This document shows, in pieces, positions 39,349 through 50,396 of a DNA stretch of 64,000 nt; position 1 is the first letter of the stretch, and each line of letters opens with the position of its first letter. A program made the position numbers and the translations under genes. The notes below the pieces were generated by a model. The model had not been told where the DNA came from. It saw only the letters and a program-made list of their open reading frames with translations, and made no database searches. The stretch is from Candidatus Binatia bacterium (GTDB lineage: Bacteria; Desulfobacterota; Binatia; HRBIN30): positions 64,001 to 128,000 of the forward strand of contig JBBRSP010000009.1 of assembly GCA_038245295.1 (NCBI GenBank), written 5' to 3'.

Positions 39349-40932
39349 ATGAAGTCGCGCTTTCTCATGGCGGTCGCGTTTGCGTGCCTGGCGCAGCAGG
39401 CCGCCGCGGCGCCCTGTAACCTCAGTGATCCAACCTTGTTGCGGCCGGATTTGGTCGGCCTGACGCCGACCCGTCTGCGCGTCAGCCAGCGCAGCGGTGT
39501 GCGCCAATTGTCGTTCACCACTCTCATCGCCAACAAAGGCGACGGGCCGCTGTCGCTGACGTCACACGCCGACGGCGCCAGCGGCACGATGACGCAGATT
39601 CTCAGCCGCGCCGACGGCAGCACCTGTGAGGTCGCCCTGGGAACATTCCCCGTCGAGTCGAACGACCGGTTCGTGCGCCTGCCCAACTACGCGCATTACT
39701 TCGTGCGCAAGGACAATCCGATCACCGGCGCCATCGTCGCGTCGGGAAGTCTGAAATCGTTTTGCATTGCCGACATCCAGCCACTGGGAACGGATACACC
39801 GCGGCAGGTGGACAGCTCCTGCATCGGCCCCGACTCCATCGAGGGCTTGTCCGTCAACTGGGCAGACTCGTACGACCCAACCTACCCGGAGCAGACGATC
39901 TTCCTCGATACGACGGCAGGATCGGTCGCCGTGGGTACCTACTTCCTCGTCGTCGAGCCCGACCCATACAGCCTGCTGGTCGAGAAGAATCCTGCCTCAA
40001 CCGCCAACTTTGGTGTGATCAGCGTCGACGTCCCGCCACGCATCGGCAGCGGCCCGGTGCCACCGGCACCGTCACCGTTGGCATCGGCAACACCGAAGCC
40101 GACAGCGACGCGCACGAGTCCGGTTCCGGCAACACCAACCGGCGCGAGCGGAACACCAGTGCCGACGGCGACGGCGTCGAACACGCCAATCCCACCGAGC
40201 GCGACACCACTAGACAATCCAACACCGACAAGGACGGTGCGATCGAGACCGACAGCACGACCAAGGCCGTCGCCGCGACCACGGCCGACGTTATCGCGGA
40301 CGCGAATTCCACGTGACGGCACACCCACCGCCACGGCGATTCCGCCAACCGCCACCGCCCCGGCCGCGACCGCAACGGCACCGCGGACCTCAACGGCCGC
40401 GGCTCCGACACGAACAGCGACGGCCACGCCGACAACGGCACCCACTGATTCTGGGCCGCAGAGCTGCCCGGGTGTACCGGTGACTTGCCCGGCTCACCCG
40501 GCGTGCAAGACCGGCAACCGCCTCGGCAAACTCTACTTCGCGTATCCCGGGACCGACAGAGTGGTGAGCGCCAGCGGTTACCTGCGCCTCAACCAAAACT
40601 CCAATGGTATTCACCCAAGCAGCGAGCCGGCCTCGCTGGCGCTGGTCGACATGGACAGCAAGACGGTGATCAGTCTGCCGAACTTGCACTTCGAGCCCTC
40701 GGGTGATGGTTGGGTCGCCGACACGGGTGACGCGATCGTTACGTTGACCCCGTCGTCGCGTGGCTACACCTTCACCTTGCGTATCGACAACCCCATGTTT
40801 CCGCCGGGCTACTTCAGCGTCTTCTATCAGATGTGCTTGAGCATCGGTGACGATGGCATCGACGAACAGATCGTCTGCCAGCAGAAGCCGAACGACGGAT
40901 TCCTGTGCCACAGCAACGGGCCAACATTCTAG
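39349..40932 (+). CDS. Secreted protein with degenerate lysyl-oxidase-like domain, long Pro/Thr linker and Cys-containing C-terminal domain
   Basis: PDL, LSFTTLIANKGDGPL, KSFCIAD, GLSVNWADSY, GTYFLVVEPDP..LVE...N. Confidence 0.75.
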   Translation: MKSRFLMAVAFACLAQQAAAAPCNLSDPTLLRPDLVGLTPTRLRVSQRSGVRQLSFTTLIANKGDGPLSLTSHADGASGTMTQILSRADGSTCEVALGTFPVESNDRFVRLPNYAHYFVRKDNPITGAIVASGSLKSFCIADIQPLGTDTPRQVDSSCIGPDSIEGLSVNWADSYDPTYPEQTIFLDTTAGSVAVGTYFLVVEPDPYSLLVEKNPASTANFGVISVDVPPRIGSGPVPPAPSPLASATPKPTATRTSPVPATPTGASGTPVPTATASNTPIPPSATPLDNPTPTRTVRSRPTARPRPSPRPRPTLSRTRIPRDGTPTATAIPPTATAPAATATAPRTSTAAAPTRTATATPTTAPTDSGPQSCPGVPVTCPAHPACKTGNRLGKLYFAYPGTDRVVSASGYLRLNQNSNGIHPSSEPASLALVDMDSKTVISLPNLHFEPSGDGWVADTGDAIVTLTPSSRGYTFTLRIDNPMFPPGYFSVFYQMCLSIGDDGIDEQIVCQQKPNDGFLCHSNGPTF

Positions 40933-41410
40933 ATTTGCGGCGGGTTCGGCGGTTTTGTTGGGGGGGATCGCCGGACCTCGGTCGGGGCAACGGGGAAGAC
41001 TGGGAATGATGGGAAGGATAACCCTCCCGGCTGTTCGCATAGCATTTGCGCTCATGCGGTCTCGGTCAAATTTTCCCCGCTCAAGTCACCCCATTTGACG
41101 CACCAGGAAGCCCCAGGAGGCGCGATCACCGGGTAGGATGGCTCTACCTACGCACACAAACTCAACGTTTTTCGGCGATTTTGAACGATGCCCCTTGAAA
41201 TTGAAGGGGATTTCCGTCGGCCAAGGTCGTTTCTGTCGCCGATCGCCGGTCTCCGCAAGGCTGCCCTAGACTTGGTCTGATAGTCTCGGGCCTTCGCGAA
41301 TTTTTCGTCCCATATTCACGACATCCGGACCCGGGGACCCATTTCGTCGAGTTGCACCGGAGGCCTCGCGGCATCCGCCTGTGGGATGCGCCCAGCGATC
41401 GCGCCCGGCA

Positions 41411-41449
41411 AAAAATAATTTGACAGTCAGACCCATGCTCTGGTAGCGG
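41411..41449 (+). promoter_or_regulatory. Possible sigma70 promoter of the histidine kinase
   Basis: A-tract, perfect TTGACA (41420-41425), weak TG-n-TAGCGG -10. Confidence 0.35.
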
Positions 41450-41579
41450 CGTGGTGTCTGCTTGGGGGTAGGCGTATGTCGAATTACGGGGGCACTAGGG
41501 GATCGGCTTCGCCGATGGCGGCAAGTTCGTCGGGCTGGTCTTTTCCGCAAGGCCCGGCGCGCGACAGCGTGCCCGGCAC

Positions 41580-43388
41580 ATGACCATCTCAACCATCAGT
41601 CGGCCTCTCCTGATTCTGCGCTATACGCTCATTATCGCAACTGCGTATCTGCTCCTGGTCGAGCGCGCCTTCACCCTACCGAGCCAGGACAGCGTCGTTC
41701 TCATCGCCACGGCTCTGGCTTCAAACATCCTCATCGGGCGATTGCCTCCACGCGTGACCAACGCGGCCTTTTTTGGTGTCGCGATCGTAGTCGGCGACAC
41801 TCTGTGGATCACCATCGCCTTGCTGCGCAGTGGCCAATTCGACCCCGAATTCTTCTTCCTCTACTTTTTCATCCTGCTCTTGGCAGCCATCGGCGAAAGT
41901 CTGCGCCTGATCGTCCTCGGCGCCGTCGTCGTGTGCTTCGCGTATACCTACTTGCTGTTTGCCAACGGCAGCACCTTATCGCTGTGGCGGTCCCCGTCGT
42001 TGATCCGCATCCCGTTTCTCTTCGCCGTAGCCGCGTTCTACGGCTACCTGGTCGAGCGCACTCGCGCCGAGCGGCGACGGGCAGACATCGGGGAAGAACA
42101 GCGTCAGCGTGCGGAAGGCGCTCTACAGGCCAAGACCGAGCAGCTGCAAGCTGAAGCTGCCGTCTCCGCGGCATTGGCGCGAATCGGTCGTGAGCTCATT
42201 TCCTCGATGGATACACCCGTACTGCTCGAGCGTCTCTGCCAACTCACGGCCGAGGAGCTCGGCAGCGACTGCAGCCAAACCTTGTTGTGGCGACCGGACG
42301 AGGAAGTGTACGCACCGGTCGCCGCCTTTGGACTCACAGTAGAAGAGCGTGAATTGGTCCAGGTGTTCAAGCTTCCGCGCACCCGCCTCGGCAGCCTGCT
42401 GATGCGTCTGCGAGAGGAGGACGTTGTTGAGTGCGGGAGCGAATCGGTCGACCTCATGCCTTCCGAGTGGCAGCGTGAGCCACGCGTGACCATGCAGGTT
42501 TTCATGGCGTTACGGCGCGGCCAGGAGATTATTGGGGTGCAGATCGCCAGCTGGCACACGCCGTGGCAACCGCTCTCGACGACACAACGGCGGATCGCCG
42601 GAGGTCTCGCACATCTCACGTCCATGGCCCTGGCAAACGTCCAATTAATCGAGGAATTGGAGGGCGCCAATCGTCTCAAGTCGGACTTCGTTGCCTCGAT
42701 GTCCCACGAGCTGCGTTCACCGTTGAACCAGATCATCGGCTACAACGATCTGCTGGTCGAAGGCGAGTTCGGTCCACTTCTCGACGAACAGCTCGGCCCG
42801 CTCCGACGCATGGGACGATGTTCGCGCGATCTACTCGATCTCATTCAGGCCACCCTCGACCTGAGTCGGCTCGAGTCCAGGCGAGTGCCGCTGACGGTGC
42901 AAGAAGTGCAGATGGCGGCGCTGATGCACGAATTGGGCTGCGAGGCACAAGCGTGGTTGGTTAAGCCGGGCGTAAGCTTTGACTGGCAGGTGACACCGGA
43001 TCAGTGGTCGTTGCACACCGATCCGGTAAAGCTGAAGATGATCCTCAAGAATTTGATTGGTAACGCCATCAAGTTTACGGAGCGCGGCAGCGTCAGCGTC
43101 GCCGCGCAGCGGTTCAACGATGGCGCCGAGATCCGCGTCTCCGACACCGGAATCGGCATCGCCGCCGAAGCTCAGAAGATCGTCTTCGAACCGTTTAGAC
43201 AAGCCGACCGCAGTGTCGGCCCGACCTATGGCGGCGTCGGATTGGGCCTCTATATCGTTCACCAGTTGCTCGACTTGCTCGGCGGAACGATCAGCGTTGT
43301 CAGCGAGGTGGGCCGTGGTTCGACCTTCCGCGTCTGGGTGCCTACGGACATCCGCCAGGTGAACGGCCAAATCATCGTCGATGCGTGA
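41580..43388 (+). CDS. Membrane sensor histidine kinase (multi-TM, GAF, HisKA, HATPase)
   Basis: SMSHELRSPL, NLIGNAIKFT, VSDTGIGI, FEPFRQ, GVGLGL, GRGSTF. Confidence 0.95.
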   Translation: MTISTISRPLLILRYTLIIATAYLLLVERAFTLPSQDSVVLIATALASNILIGRLPPRVTNAAFFGVAIVVGDTLWITIALLRSGQFDPEFFFLYFFILLLAAIGESLRLIVLGAVVVCFAYTYLLFANGSTLSLWRSPSLIRIPFLFAVAAFYGYLVERTRAERRRADIGEEQRQRAEGALQAKTEQLQAEAAVSAALARIGRELISSMDTPVLLERLCQLTAEELGSDCSQTLLWRPDEEVYAPVAAFGLTVEERELVQVFKLPRTRLGSLLMRLREEDVVECGSESVDLMPSEWQREPRVTMQVFMALRRGQEIIGVQIASWHTPWQPLSTTQRRIAGGLAHLTSMALANVQLIEELEGANRLKSDFVASMSHELRSPLNQIIGYNDLLVEGEFGPLLDEQLGPLRRMGRCSRDLLDLIQATLDLSRLESRRVPLTVQEVQMAALMHELGCEAQAWLVKPGVSFDWQVTPDQWSLHTDPVKLKMILKNLIGNAIKFTERGSVSVAAQRFNDGAEIRVSDTGIGIAAEAQKIVFEPFRQADRSVGPTYGGVGLGLYIVHQLLDLLGGTISVVSEVGRGSTFRVWVPTDIRQVNGQIIVDA

Positions 43389-43448
43389 CCCCAAATCGAA
43401 AATGCACCTGGAAGCTTCCCCGTTCCTATGCAAATACAGGGCGGCCAA

Positions 43449-43521
43449 GCCCGCGTAGCTCAATTGGCAGAGCACCGGTTTTGTAAACCGGGGGTTGCTG
43501 GTTCGATTCCGGTCGCGGGCT
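43449..43521 (+). tRNA. tRNA-Thr (anticodon TGT), CCA not encoded
   Basis: Acceptor GCCCGCG/CGCGGGC, D-arm GCTC/GAGC, anticodon arm CCGGT-TTTGTAA-ACCGG, T-loop GTTCGATT. Confidence 0.97.
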
Positions 43522-43707
43522 TACCTTCTTTCAAGGATCGATACGGTGCGCATCGCCCGGAGTCATCCCCTAGTGTCTCAATTTGAAATCCACGCCCGCC
43601 GATGGTCTCAAATCGGAGCGCGCCAGCCGCCGTCGATCCTGCAAAATTCCGGCGCCACTCTGGCCGCGCGACTCCCACTAGGGCAGAATGCCGGCGAGGT
43701 GAGCGAC

Positions 43708-44946
43708 ATGGAAGCTGAAGCGCATCGGCAGATCACCCGACGACAATTCGTGCAGGCTGCTGCCGGTTCTGTAGTCGCCCTTGGCCTGAGCGGCCGGAGC
43801 ACTCACGCCGCATCTACCGCCGAAACCCCACCTGCCATTGCGTGGAAATATACGGATGCGGCGGCGCCAGTCGCGCTCGCTGGGGTGGCACGCGGCTCGG
43901 GCGACGAGGCGACCATTCAAGCGGTGCGCACCGCCGCACTTGCAGCCACAGATTTCTCCTGGCTCAGTCGCGGCGACACCGTGCTCATCAAACCTGTATG
44001 CAACTCGGGCAACGACTATCCGGCAACCACGGATCCTGTGGCGCTGCGCGCTATGATCGGCCTGCTGCGCGAGCGCGGCGCCGGCCATGTGATCGTCGCG
44101 GATATGTCCGGCGTTCAGTTCCTCCGCTTTTCCCCCGACAGCCTCACCGGCAGCACCCGCGAGTTGATGGCACGCAACGGTATGCTGCGATCGATCGAAG
44201 CGGCCGGCGGCGAGTTGCACGCGTTCGAGGAACACGGCTGGGACAGTTTCTACGACGAAATGCCGGCGGCTGGCGGCCACTGGGTGAGCCCGCTGCTGAT
44301 GCCGAACATCCTCAAGCAGGTCGATCACGTCGTCTTGATGCCGCGCTGCGCGCGCCACCTGTTGGCGGGCAGCACTCTCGGCATGAAAGCGGCGGTCGGC
44401 TGGTGGCGTCACGATTCGCGTCTCGAGTATCACCACGACGCCTCGACGCTGGCGCAGAAGACCGCCGACGCGAACACCGTGCCGTCGCTGACGAACAAAC
44501 TACGACTGGTTCTTACGAGCGCTACCAAGGTTCTCACAACCTTTGGCCCCGACCAGGGCTACGTGGCGGCGCCGTCGACCGGGCTGGTGATTGCCAGCCC
44601 GTCGCTGCTGGCCCACGACATGACCTCGCTCGCTTGGCTACTCGACAATCGTGCCTCAACTCCGACCGATCAGCGCGATAGCGCCTTCGAGGATCCGAAT
44701 ACGTCTCCGACCATGGTCAATCTCGCCAATCGTGTCGTCGTCAAATTCCTCGGCGGCTGGCGCAAAGCGCTCAGCGCGGAAACCCTGACGCGTTATGACC
44801 ATGGCAGTATCTGGGATGACCGTGTACTGCGACGCGCCTTCGAAAACCACGGCGGCGTGCTGCGGCTCGATTTCGTACACGCCGACCCTTCGGTGCCGCC
44901 CGAAATCCGACAACGCCTGTCCGCCGACGTCGCGCTGCCAGCATAA
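43708..44946 (+). CDS. Tat-exported DUF362-domain protein
   Basis: TRRQFV twin-arginine signal. GDTVLIKP, TTDP, TLGMK. Confidence 0.8.
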   Translation: MEAEAHRQITRRQFVQAAAGSVVALGLSGRSTHAASTAETPPAIAWKYTDAAAPVALAGVARGSGDEATIQAVRTAALAATDFSWLSRGDTVLIKPVCNSGNDYPATTDPVALRAMIGLLRERGAGHVIVADMSGVQFLRFSPDSLTGSTRELMARNGMLRSIEAAGGELHAFEEHGWDSFYDEMPAAGGHWVSPLLMPNILKQVDHVVLMPRCARHLLAGSTLGMKAAVGWWRHDSRLEYHHDASTLAQKTADANTVPSLTNKLRLVLTSATKVLTTFGPDQGYVAAPSTGLVIASPSLLAHDMTSLAWLLDNRASTPTDQRDSAFEDPNTSPTMVNLANRVVVKFLGGWRKALSAETLTRYDHGSIWDDRVLRRAFENHGGVLRLDFVHADPSVPPEIRQRLSADVALPA

Positions 44947-45107
44947 GCGGCTCCGTCCTCCTCAACGACTTCGATCATTTAGGGTGGGGTGTGCTCGGGG
45001 AACCTTTGCAAAACGTTCGGCCGATCCGGCCACGCGAATTGTAGATTCTTCTTCGATATCCCCAATGGCGGGTTGCGCTATTCCGAAAACACGTAGCGTC
45101 GGCGTGA

Positions 45108-45123
45108 TGGCACAATTTCCGCA
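45108..45123 (+). promoter_or_regulatory. Putative sigma54 promoter of paralog B
   Basis: TGGCACAATTTCCGCA: perfect TGGCAC, GG-N10-GC spacing, CC in place of TT before GC. Confidence 0.55.
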
Positions 45124-45136
45124 TTACTCTGCCGCC

Positions 45137-45460
45137 ATGAGCAATCTCGGCGTAGAGCAGATCCTGTCGACGGCAGTCATGCCGGCACAATTCCAACAAC
45201 AATCGCGACCGATGACCTCGGAGCGGCGCCTCGTGATGGCCGTGTTGTACCAAGCGATCCATGACCTGCGCACGTTCTGGCGACCGAACGGGCCGAAGAA
45301 TCATCAGCGCCTGTATCGCGAGGCCTTGCGGTGGGTCGTCTCCAACGATCGCTCGTGGGAGTTTTCATTCCTCAACGTGTGCGACGTGCTGGATTTATCA
45401 GTCGACATGTTAAGGGCAGAGCTCTTCGGCGAGAATGCCAAGATGCGCCGCGCCGCGTAG
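45137..45460 (+). CDS. Hypothetical small protein, paralog B (see 18964)
   Basis: TAVMPAQF, ERRLVMAVL, EALRW, WEFSFLNVCD. Alternative start at 45107. Confidence 0.82.
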   Translation: MSNLGVEQILSTAVMPAQFQQQSRPMTSERRLVMAVLYQAIHDLRTFWRPNGPKNHQRLYREALRWVVSNDRSWEFSFLNVCDVLDLSVDMLRAELFGENAKMRRAA

Positions 45461-45521
45461 CTCCTCCGGCCCACGACGAAGCGGCGGGCACTGCCCGGCA
45501 TAATAGATGCTGAATCCGCCT

Positions 45522-46265
45522 CTACGAGAGGCCGGCCCGGACGTATTCGCGGTTCAAGCGGGCGATAAATCCGACGCTGATCTGTTTCGGGCACACCGCT
45601 TCACATTCGAAGGTGTTGGTGCACGACCCGAAGCCTTCCTCATCCATCTGGCCCACCATATTGCGGGCGCGCTCGGCGCGCTCCGGTTGCCCCTGCGGCA
45701 ACAGCGACATATGCGACACCTTGGCCGCCACAAACAACATCGCCGAAGCGTTCTTGCAGGCCGCAACACACGCGCCGCAGCCGATACAGGCGGCGGCATC
45801 CATCGCTAATTCCTGATCCACCTTGGCAATCGGCACGGCGTTCGCGTCCGGCGCGCCACCGGCATTCACCGAGACAAAACCACCCGACTGAATGATGCGG
45901 TCGAAGGCGCTGCGATCGACAACCAGATCGCGGACGATCGGAAAGGCTTTGGCGCGGAACGGCTCAACGGTGATCTTCGCCCCATCCTTGAACGCCCGCA
46001 TGTAAAGCTGGCAGGTTGCTTTGCCTTTGCCCGGACCGTGGGCGATGCCGTCGACCACCAACGAGCAGGTGCCGCAGATACCTTCGCGACAATCACTCTC
46101 AAAGGCTACCGGCTCCTGCCCTTTGCTCACCAGATCGCGGTTGAGCAGATCGAGCATTTCGAGAAAGGACATCTCAGGGACAACATTGTCGAGCTGATAA
46201 TCGACGAGTTGGCCTGCACTCGATGCGTTCTTCTGGCGCCAGACGCGCAGGGTGACTCGCATCAT
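45522..46265 (-). CDS. sdhB: Succinate dehydrogenase/fumarate reductase iron-sulfur subunit
   Basis: [33 protein letters not shown]. Confidence 0.96.
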   Translation of the reverse strand: MMRVTLRVWRQKNASSAGQLVDYQLDNVVPEMSFLEMLDLLNRDLVSKGQEPVAFESDCREGICGTCSLVVDGIAHGPGKGKATCQLYMRAFKDGAKITVEPFRAKAFPIVRDLVVDRSAFDRIIQSGGFVSVNAGGAPDANAVPIAKVDQELAMDAAACIGCGACVAACKNASAMLFVAAKVSHMSLLPQGQPERAERARNMVGQMDEEGFGSCTNTFECEAVCPKQISVGFIARLNREYVRAGLS

Positions 46266-48175
46266 TTGTAGCTCCTTGTCGCCAGGTGCACGGCTTCGAA
46301 TTCAAGCGGCTCGACATTGCGAATCGGCTTGCCGTTGGCGCCGCCGTATTCCCAGGCCGCCACGTGGCAGAAGTTCTCGTCGTCGCGTTGGGCCTCGCCC
46401 TCGTCGGTTTGGAACTCCTCGCGGAAGTGGCCGCCACATGATTCGCGCCGCTCCAACGCGTCGAGACACAGCAACTCGCCGAACTCGAGGAAATCGGCGA
46501 CACGGCCGGCCCGTTCGATCGCCGTGTTGTACTCCTCGTTGGCGCCGGTGATGCTGGCCTCTTTCCAGAAACTCGCGCGCAACTGCGGGATCAGCGTCAG
46601 AGCCTTCTTCAGGCCTTCGTCCGTCCGCGCCATGCCGCAGTATTCCCACATCACCTTGCCAAGCTCGCGATGGAAATCGTCGGTCGAACGCTTGCCTTTG
46701 ATGTTCAGCATACGCTGCACCTGACCGCGCGTATCGGCTTCGGCTTGCGCAAACTCGGCCGCGTCGGTCCCGACCTTGGCCGGCTTGCAGCGCGCGATGT
46801 AGTCACCGACCGTGTAGGGGATGACGAAGTACCCGTCCGCAAGGCCCTGCATGAGGGCGCTGGCGCCGAGACGATTGGCGCCATGATCCGAGAAATTCGC
46901 TTCGCCAAGCACGAACAGGCCCGGGATGTTGCTCATCAGATTGTAGTCGACCCACAAGCCGCCCATCGTATAATGCACCGCCGGGTAGATGCGCATCGGC
47001 GCCTGGTATGGGTTCTCCGCCGTGATCTCGTGGTACATGTCGAACAGGTTGCCGTAACGCTCGCGCACAACCGCTTCGCCCAGACGTTTGGTGGCTTCGG
47101 CGAAGTCGAGGTAGACGCCCTTGCCGCCCGGGCCGATGCCGCGCCCCTCGTCACAGACCTGCTTGGCGGCGCGCGACGAAATGTCACGCGGCGCCAGGTT
47201 GCCGAAACTCGGATACTTGCGCTCGAGGTAGTAGTCGCGATCGTCTTCGGAAATCTGATCCGGCGGGCGATTGTCGCCCTTCTTCTTCGGAACCCAGACG
47301 CGCCCGTCGTTGCGCAGCGATTCCGACATGAGAGTCAGCTTCGACTGATGCTCGCCCGACACCGGAATACAGGTCGGGTGAATCTGCGTGTAACACGGAT
47401 TGGCGAACGCAGCGCCGCGTTTGTAGGCGCGGTAGGTAGCCGTCACGTTCGAACCGACGGCGTTGGTCGACAGGTAAAAGACGTTGCTGTAGCCGCCGGT
47501 GGCGAGGATGACGGCGTCGCCGACGTGGCGCTGGATCTCGCCGGTCACCAGGTCGCGCGTGATGATGCCGCGCGCCTGGCCGTTGACGAGAACCAGATCG
47601 AGCATCTCGGTGCGCGGGTACATCTTCACCCGACCAAGACCGATCTGGCGGCTCAGCGACGAGTAGGCGCCGAGCAGCAACTGCTGGCCCGTCTGCCCGC
47701 GCGCATAGAACGTGCGCGATACTTGCGCGCCGCCGAACGAGCGGTTGGCAAGCTGGCCGCCGTATTCGCGCGCGAACGGTACACCCTGCGCGACACACTG
47801 ATCGATGATGTTGGCCGACAATTGCGCCAGCCGGTAGACATTCGCTTCACGGGCGCGGAAGTCGCCGCCCTTGATGGTGTCGTAAAAGAGACGCCAGACA
47901 CTGTCGCCATCGTTCTGGTAGTTCTTGGCGGCGTTGATGCCGCCCTGCGCGGCGATCGAGTGAGCCCGGCGCGGGCTATCTTGAAAGCAAAAGGCCGAAA
48001 CCTGGTAACCCAGCTCCGCCAATGTTGCAGCGGCAGCGCCGCCGGCGAGCCCGGTGCCGACCACCAGGATGTGGTGCTTACGCTTGTTGGCCGGATTGAC
48101 CAGGGCGATGTTGTTCTTGTGGTGATCCCACTTCTTTTCGAGCGGTCCGTCGGGAATTTGCGCGTTGAGTTCCAT
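46262..48175 (-). CDS. sdhA: Succinate dehydrogenase/fumarate reductase flavoprotein subunit
   Basis: [41 protein letters not shown]. Confidence 0.97.
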   Translation of the reverse strand: MELNAQIPDGPLEKKWDHHKNNIALVNPANKRKHHILVVGTGLAGGAAAATLAELGYQVSAFCFQDSPRRAHSIAAQGGINAAKNYQNDGDSVWRLFYDTIKGGDFRAREANVYRLAQLSANIIDQCVAQGVPFAREYGGQLANRSFGGAQVSRTFYARGQTGQQLLLGAYSSLSRQIGLGRVKMYPRTEMLDLVLVNGQARGIITRDLVTGEIQRHVGDAVILATGGYSNVFYLSTNAVGSNVTATYRAYKRGAAFANPCYTQIHPTCIPVSGEHQSKLTLMSESLRNDGRVWVPKKKGDNRPPDQISEDDRDYYLERKYPSFGNLAPRDISSRAAKQVCDEGRGIGPGGKGVYLDFAEATKRLGEAVVRERYGNLFDMYHEITAENPYQAPMRIYPAVHYTMGGLWVDYNLMSNIPGLFVLGEANFSDHGANRLGASALMQGLADGYFVIPYTVGDYIARCKPAKVGTDAAEFAQAEADTRGQVQRMLNIKGKRSTDDFHRELGKVMWEYCGMARTDEGLKKALTLIPQLRASFWKEASITGANEEYNTAIERAGRVADFLEFGELLCLDALERRESCGGHFREEFQTDEGEAQRDDENFCHVAAWEYGGANGKPIRNVEPLEFEAVHLATRSYK

Positions 48176-48177
48176 GA

Positions 48178-48873
48178 TCAGTGCCCCACCACCGGATAAG
48201 GAAGCAGCCCCGCCAGGATGGCCAGCGGGATCGAGCAGTTTCCGATGAAGATGATGGCGCTGTAGACCGGGCCGGCAGCGCGGAAGATGTGGTTGTACTT
48301 CGGCGAGTTGGCGCCAAGAGTCTGGAAGAAGCTCGAGACGCCGTGCTGCAGGTGCAACATCAAGGCGCCCATGGCGGCGATGTAGAGCGCCACCACCAGA
48401 GGCTGACGAAACCCCAGGACCAACATCGCATAGACGTCGTGCCGTCCCTGCGCGTCATGCAGGGCGAAGTGCTCCGGATGCGTAAAGCCAAGCGTGAAGT
48501 GCGCCAGATGATAGAGAACGAAGAACAACAGGAAGAAGCCGCCGTAGATCATCGTGCGCGACGAGTAACGCGACACCTGTGGGGTATGCACGGCATACTT
48601 CACCGGCCGCGCCGCGTTGTTCAGCTGCGTCAGGCGCACCGCCGCGACTGCGTGGGTCACGAAGACGGTCAGTAGCCCAATCCGCATGATCCACAGGAGA
48701 GCCCCGAGGTGTTGCAGGTTGTCGGCGTAGTGATTGATGGCTTCCGGCCCCAGAAACACCTGCAGGTTGCCGGCCATGTGTGCCAAGACGAATAACGACA
48801 ACAACACGCCGGAGATCGCCATCAGCCACTTCATGCCGATGGAGGAGTTCAGAGTCTTGCGCAGCCAACCCAT
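48178..48873 (-). CDS. sdhC: Succinate dehydrogenase cytochrome b subunit (b558 type)
   Basis: [19 protein letters not shown], five TM helices with His ligands, HLQHG..SFFQTLG. Confidence 0.93.
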   Translation of the reverse strand: MGWLRKTLNSSIGMKWLMAISGVLLSLFVLAHMAGNLQVFLGPEAINHYADNLQHLGALLWIMRIGLLTVFVTHAVAAVRLTQLNNAARPVKYAVHTPQVSRYSSRTMIYGGFFLLFFVLYHLAHFTLGFTHPEHFALHDAQGRHDVYAMLVLGFRQPLVVALYIAAMGALMLHLQHGVSSFFQTLGANSPKYNHIFRAAGPVYSAIIFIGNCSIPLAILAGLLPYPVVGH

Positions 48874-49136
48874 GGTGCGATGCCATCCCTCCCAGGGCGC
48901 GCGCTTCGCGCGAACACCCTCAGCCGACCGAGTACTCAACGTCGTTTCTGTCGCAGAGTCGATCCAGCTTCAGTTACTGCTTTGAATACGTATCAAACAC
49001 CCCTCTACGATCAACGAATCAGCAGCGACAATCTTTTCATGGTGGGATTAGACCGGCTCGCGCCGCGCCTTTGCTCCGCCATGGGCAACGGTGCTACACA
49101 CGCCGCGTGTTGCGATATTGGGCGCCCGGGGACGAT

Positions 49137-50360
49137 GTGATTCGTAGGTTGGCGGCGGTTGCCGCGGCGCTTGTTTTGTCGTTCGTCATCGCGGCGCGTG
49201 CTTCGGCCGACTCGCTGGTCTTCGAGCCGGTACAGGATGCGTTCATTGCCGAGAGTGGTCCGAATCTCAGCCACAACGCCAACGTTCTGGTGGTCGGCGC
49301 GGACGAAGCCAATCTGGCCTTCGAGTCGCTGATGCGCTTCGACCTGACGTCGATCCCGGCCGGCGTAATCATCCAGAGTGCCGGCCTGGAGCTGTATCAG
49401 CTGAGCTCGAGCGGTGTCACCGTCGATGTACGTATGCCGCGCATCGACTCGGCGTGGAACGAGGTCGCGGTCACCTGGAACACCCGCCCCTTCGTGCGCG
49501 GCGAACAAGGCGCCACCACCAGCGTCGGCACGGCGACTGGCGTTTACTACGCCTGGGACGTTGCCGAAGCCGTGCGTGGCTGGGTCGAACAACCAAGCTT
49601 CAATTTCGGACTGGCGGTGATCAGCAACGGCCGGACCGCACAGCGCAACACCTTCGGCAGCGCCGAGGCGGTTGCCGGTCGGCGGCCACGCCTGACCGTC
49701 ACCTTTGCCTTCCCAACCTTGACGCCAACCCTGTCGCCGACATTGTCGCCAAGCCGCACCATGTCACCGACGACGACGTTGTCACCGACACGTACGCCGA
49801 CGCTGACACCGACCCTGACCCGTACGCGTACCGGTTCGCCAACCCGCACCGGCACCAAGACCGGCACGCCGACCTGGACACAAGTGCCGACTCGCACCGG
49901 CAGCCCGACGCGCACCGGAACGGTGACGACAACGCCAACGATTTCTTTGACGGCAACCGCCTCGCGCACCGCCACCATCACACCCACCGCTCCACCGAGT
50001 GCGACACCAACCAAACGTGCCACAGCCACCAACGCTCCGAGCACAACAGCCAGCCCGACGGCGACCAGCGTCAGGAGTGCCACGGCAACGTCCACCGTGA
50101 CAGCAAGCGCCACGGCGACACACCCGGATCCGACGACCAGCGCCACCGTCACCCAGACAACAACACCGCTGCCGCCGGCGTGTCCGGGCGACTGTCGCGG
50201 CGATGGTGCCGTCACCGTCGACGAGCTCGTCAGCCTGGTGAACATCGCCCTCGGCAACTTGCCGATCAGCATCTGCGACAATGCGGATGTCGATCACAAC
50301 GGCGAGATTACCATCGAAGAGATCGTCGGAGCCGTGAACCGCGCCCTCAGCGGTTGCTAG
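49137..50360 (+). CDS. Secreted protein: DNRLRE-like domain, Thr/Pro linker, C-terminal dockerin-like module
   Basis: QDAFI, SLMRFDLTSIP, WNEVAVTWNTRP, RPRLTV. CPGDCRGDGAVTVDEL...ADVDHNGEITIEEI...GC. Confidence 0.82.
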   Translation: MIRRLAAVAAALVLSFVIAARASADSLVFEPVQDAFIAESGPNLSHNANVLVVGADEANLAFESLMRFDLTSIPAGVIIQSAGLELYQLSSSGVTVDVRMPRIDSAWNEVAVTWNTRPFVRGEQGATTSVGTATGVYYAWDVAEAVRGWVEQPSFNFGLAVISNGRTAQRNTFGSAEAVAGRRPRLTVTFAFPTLTPTLSPTLSPSRTMSPTTTLSPTRTPTLTPTLTRTRTGSPTRTGTKTGTPTWTQVPTRTGSPTRTGTVTTTPTISLTATASRTATITPTAPPSATPTKRATATNAPSTTASPTATSVRSATATSTVTASATATHPDPTTSATVTQTTTPLPPACPGDCRGDGAVTVDELVSLVNIALGNLPISICDNADVDHNGEITIEEIVGAVNRALSGC

Positions 50361-50396
50361 CCGACCATTTTGCCACGACTCGACCCACAGGCGGCG

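Noticed and set aside
43449..43521. tRNA-Thr as an integration site
   Set aside because: I saw no integrase and no duplicated tRNA 3' end in the window.
46670..48199. Long antisense ORFs (also 7320..8792, 30242..31384)
   Set aside because: They lie opposite well-supported genes and show no protein motifs.
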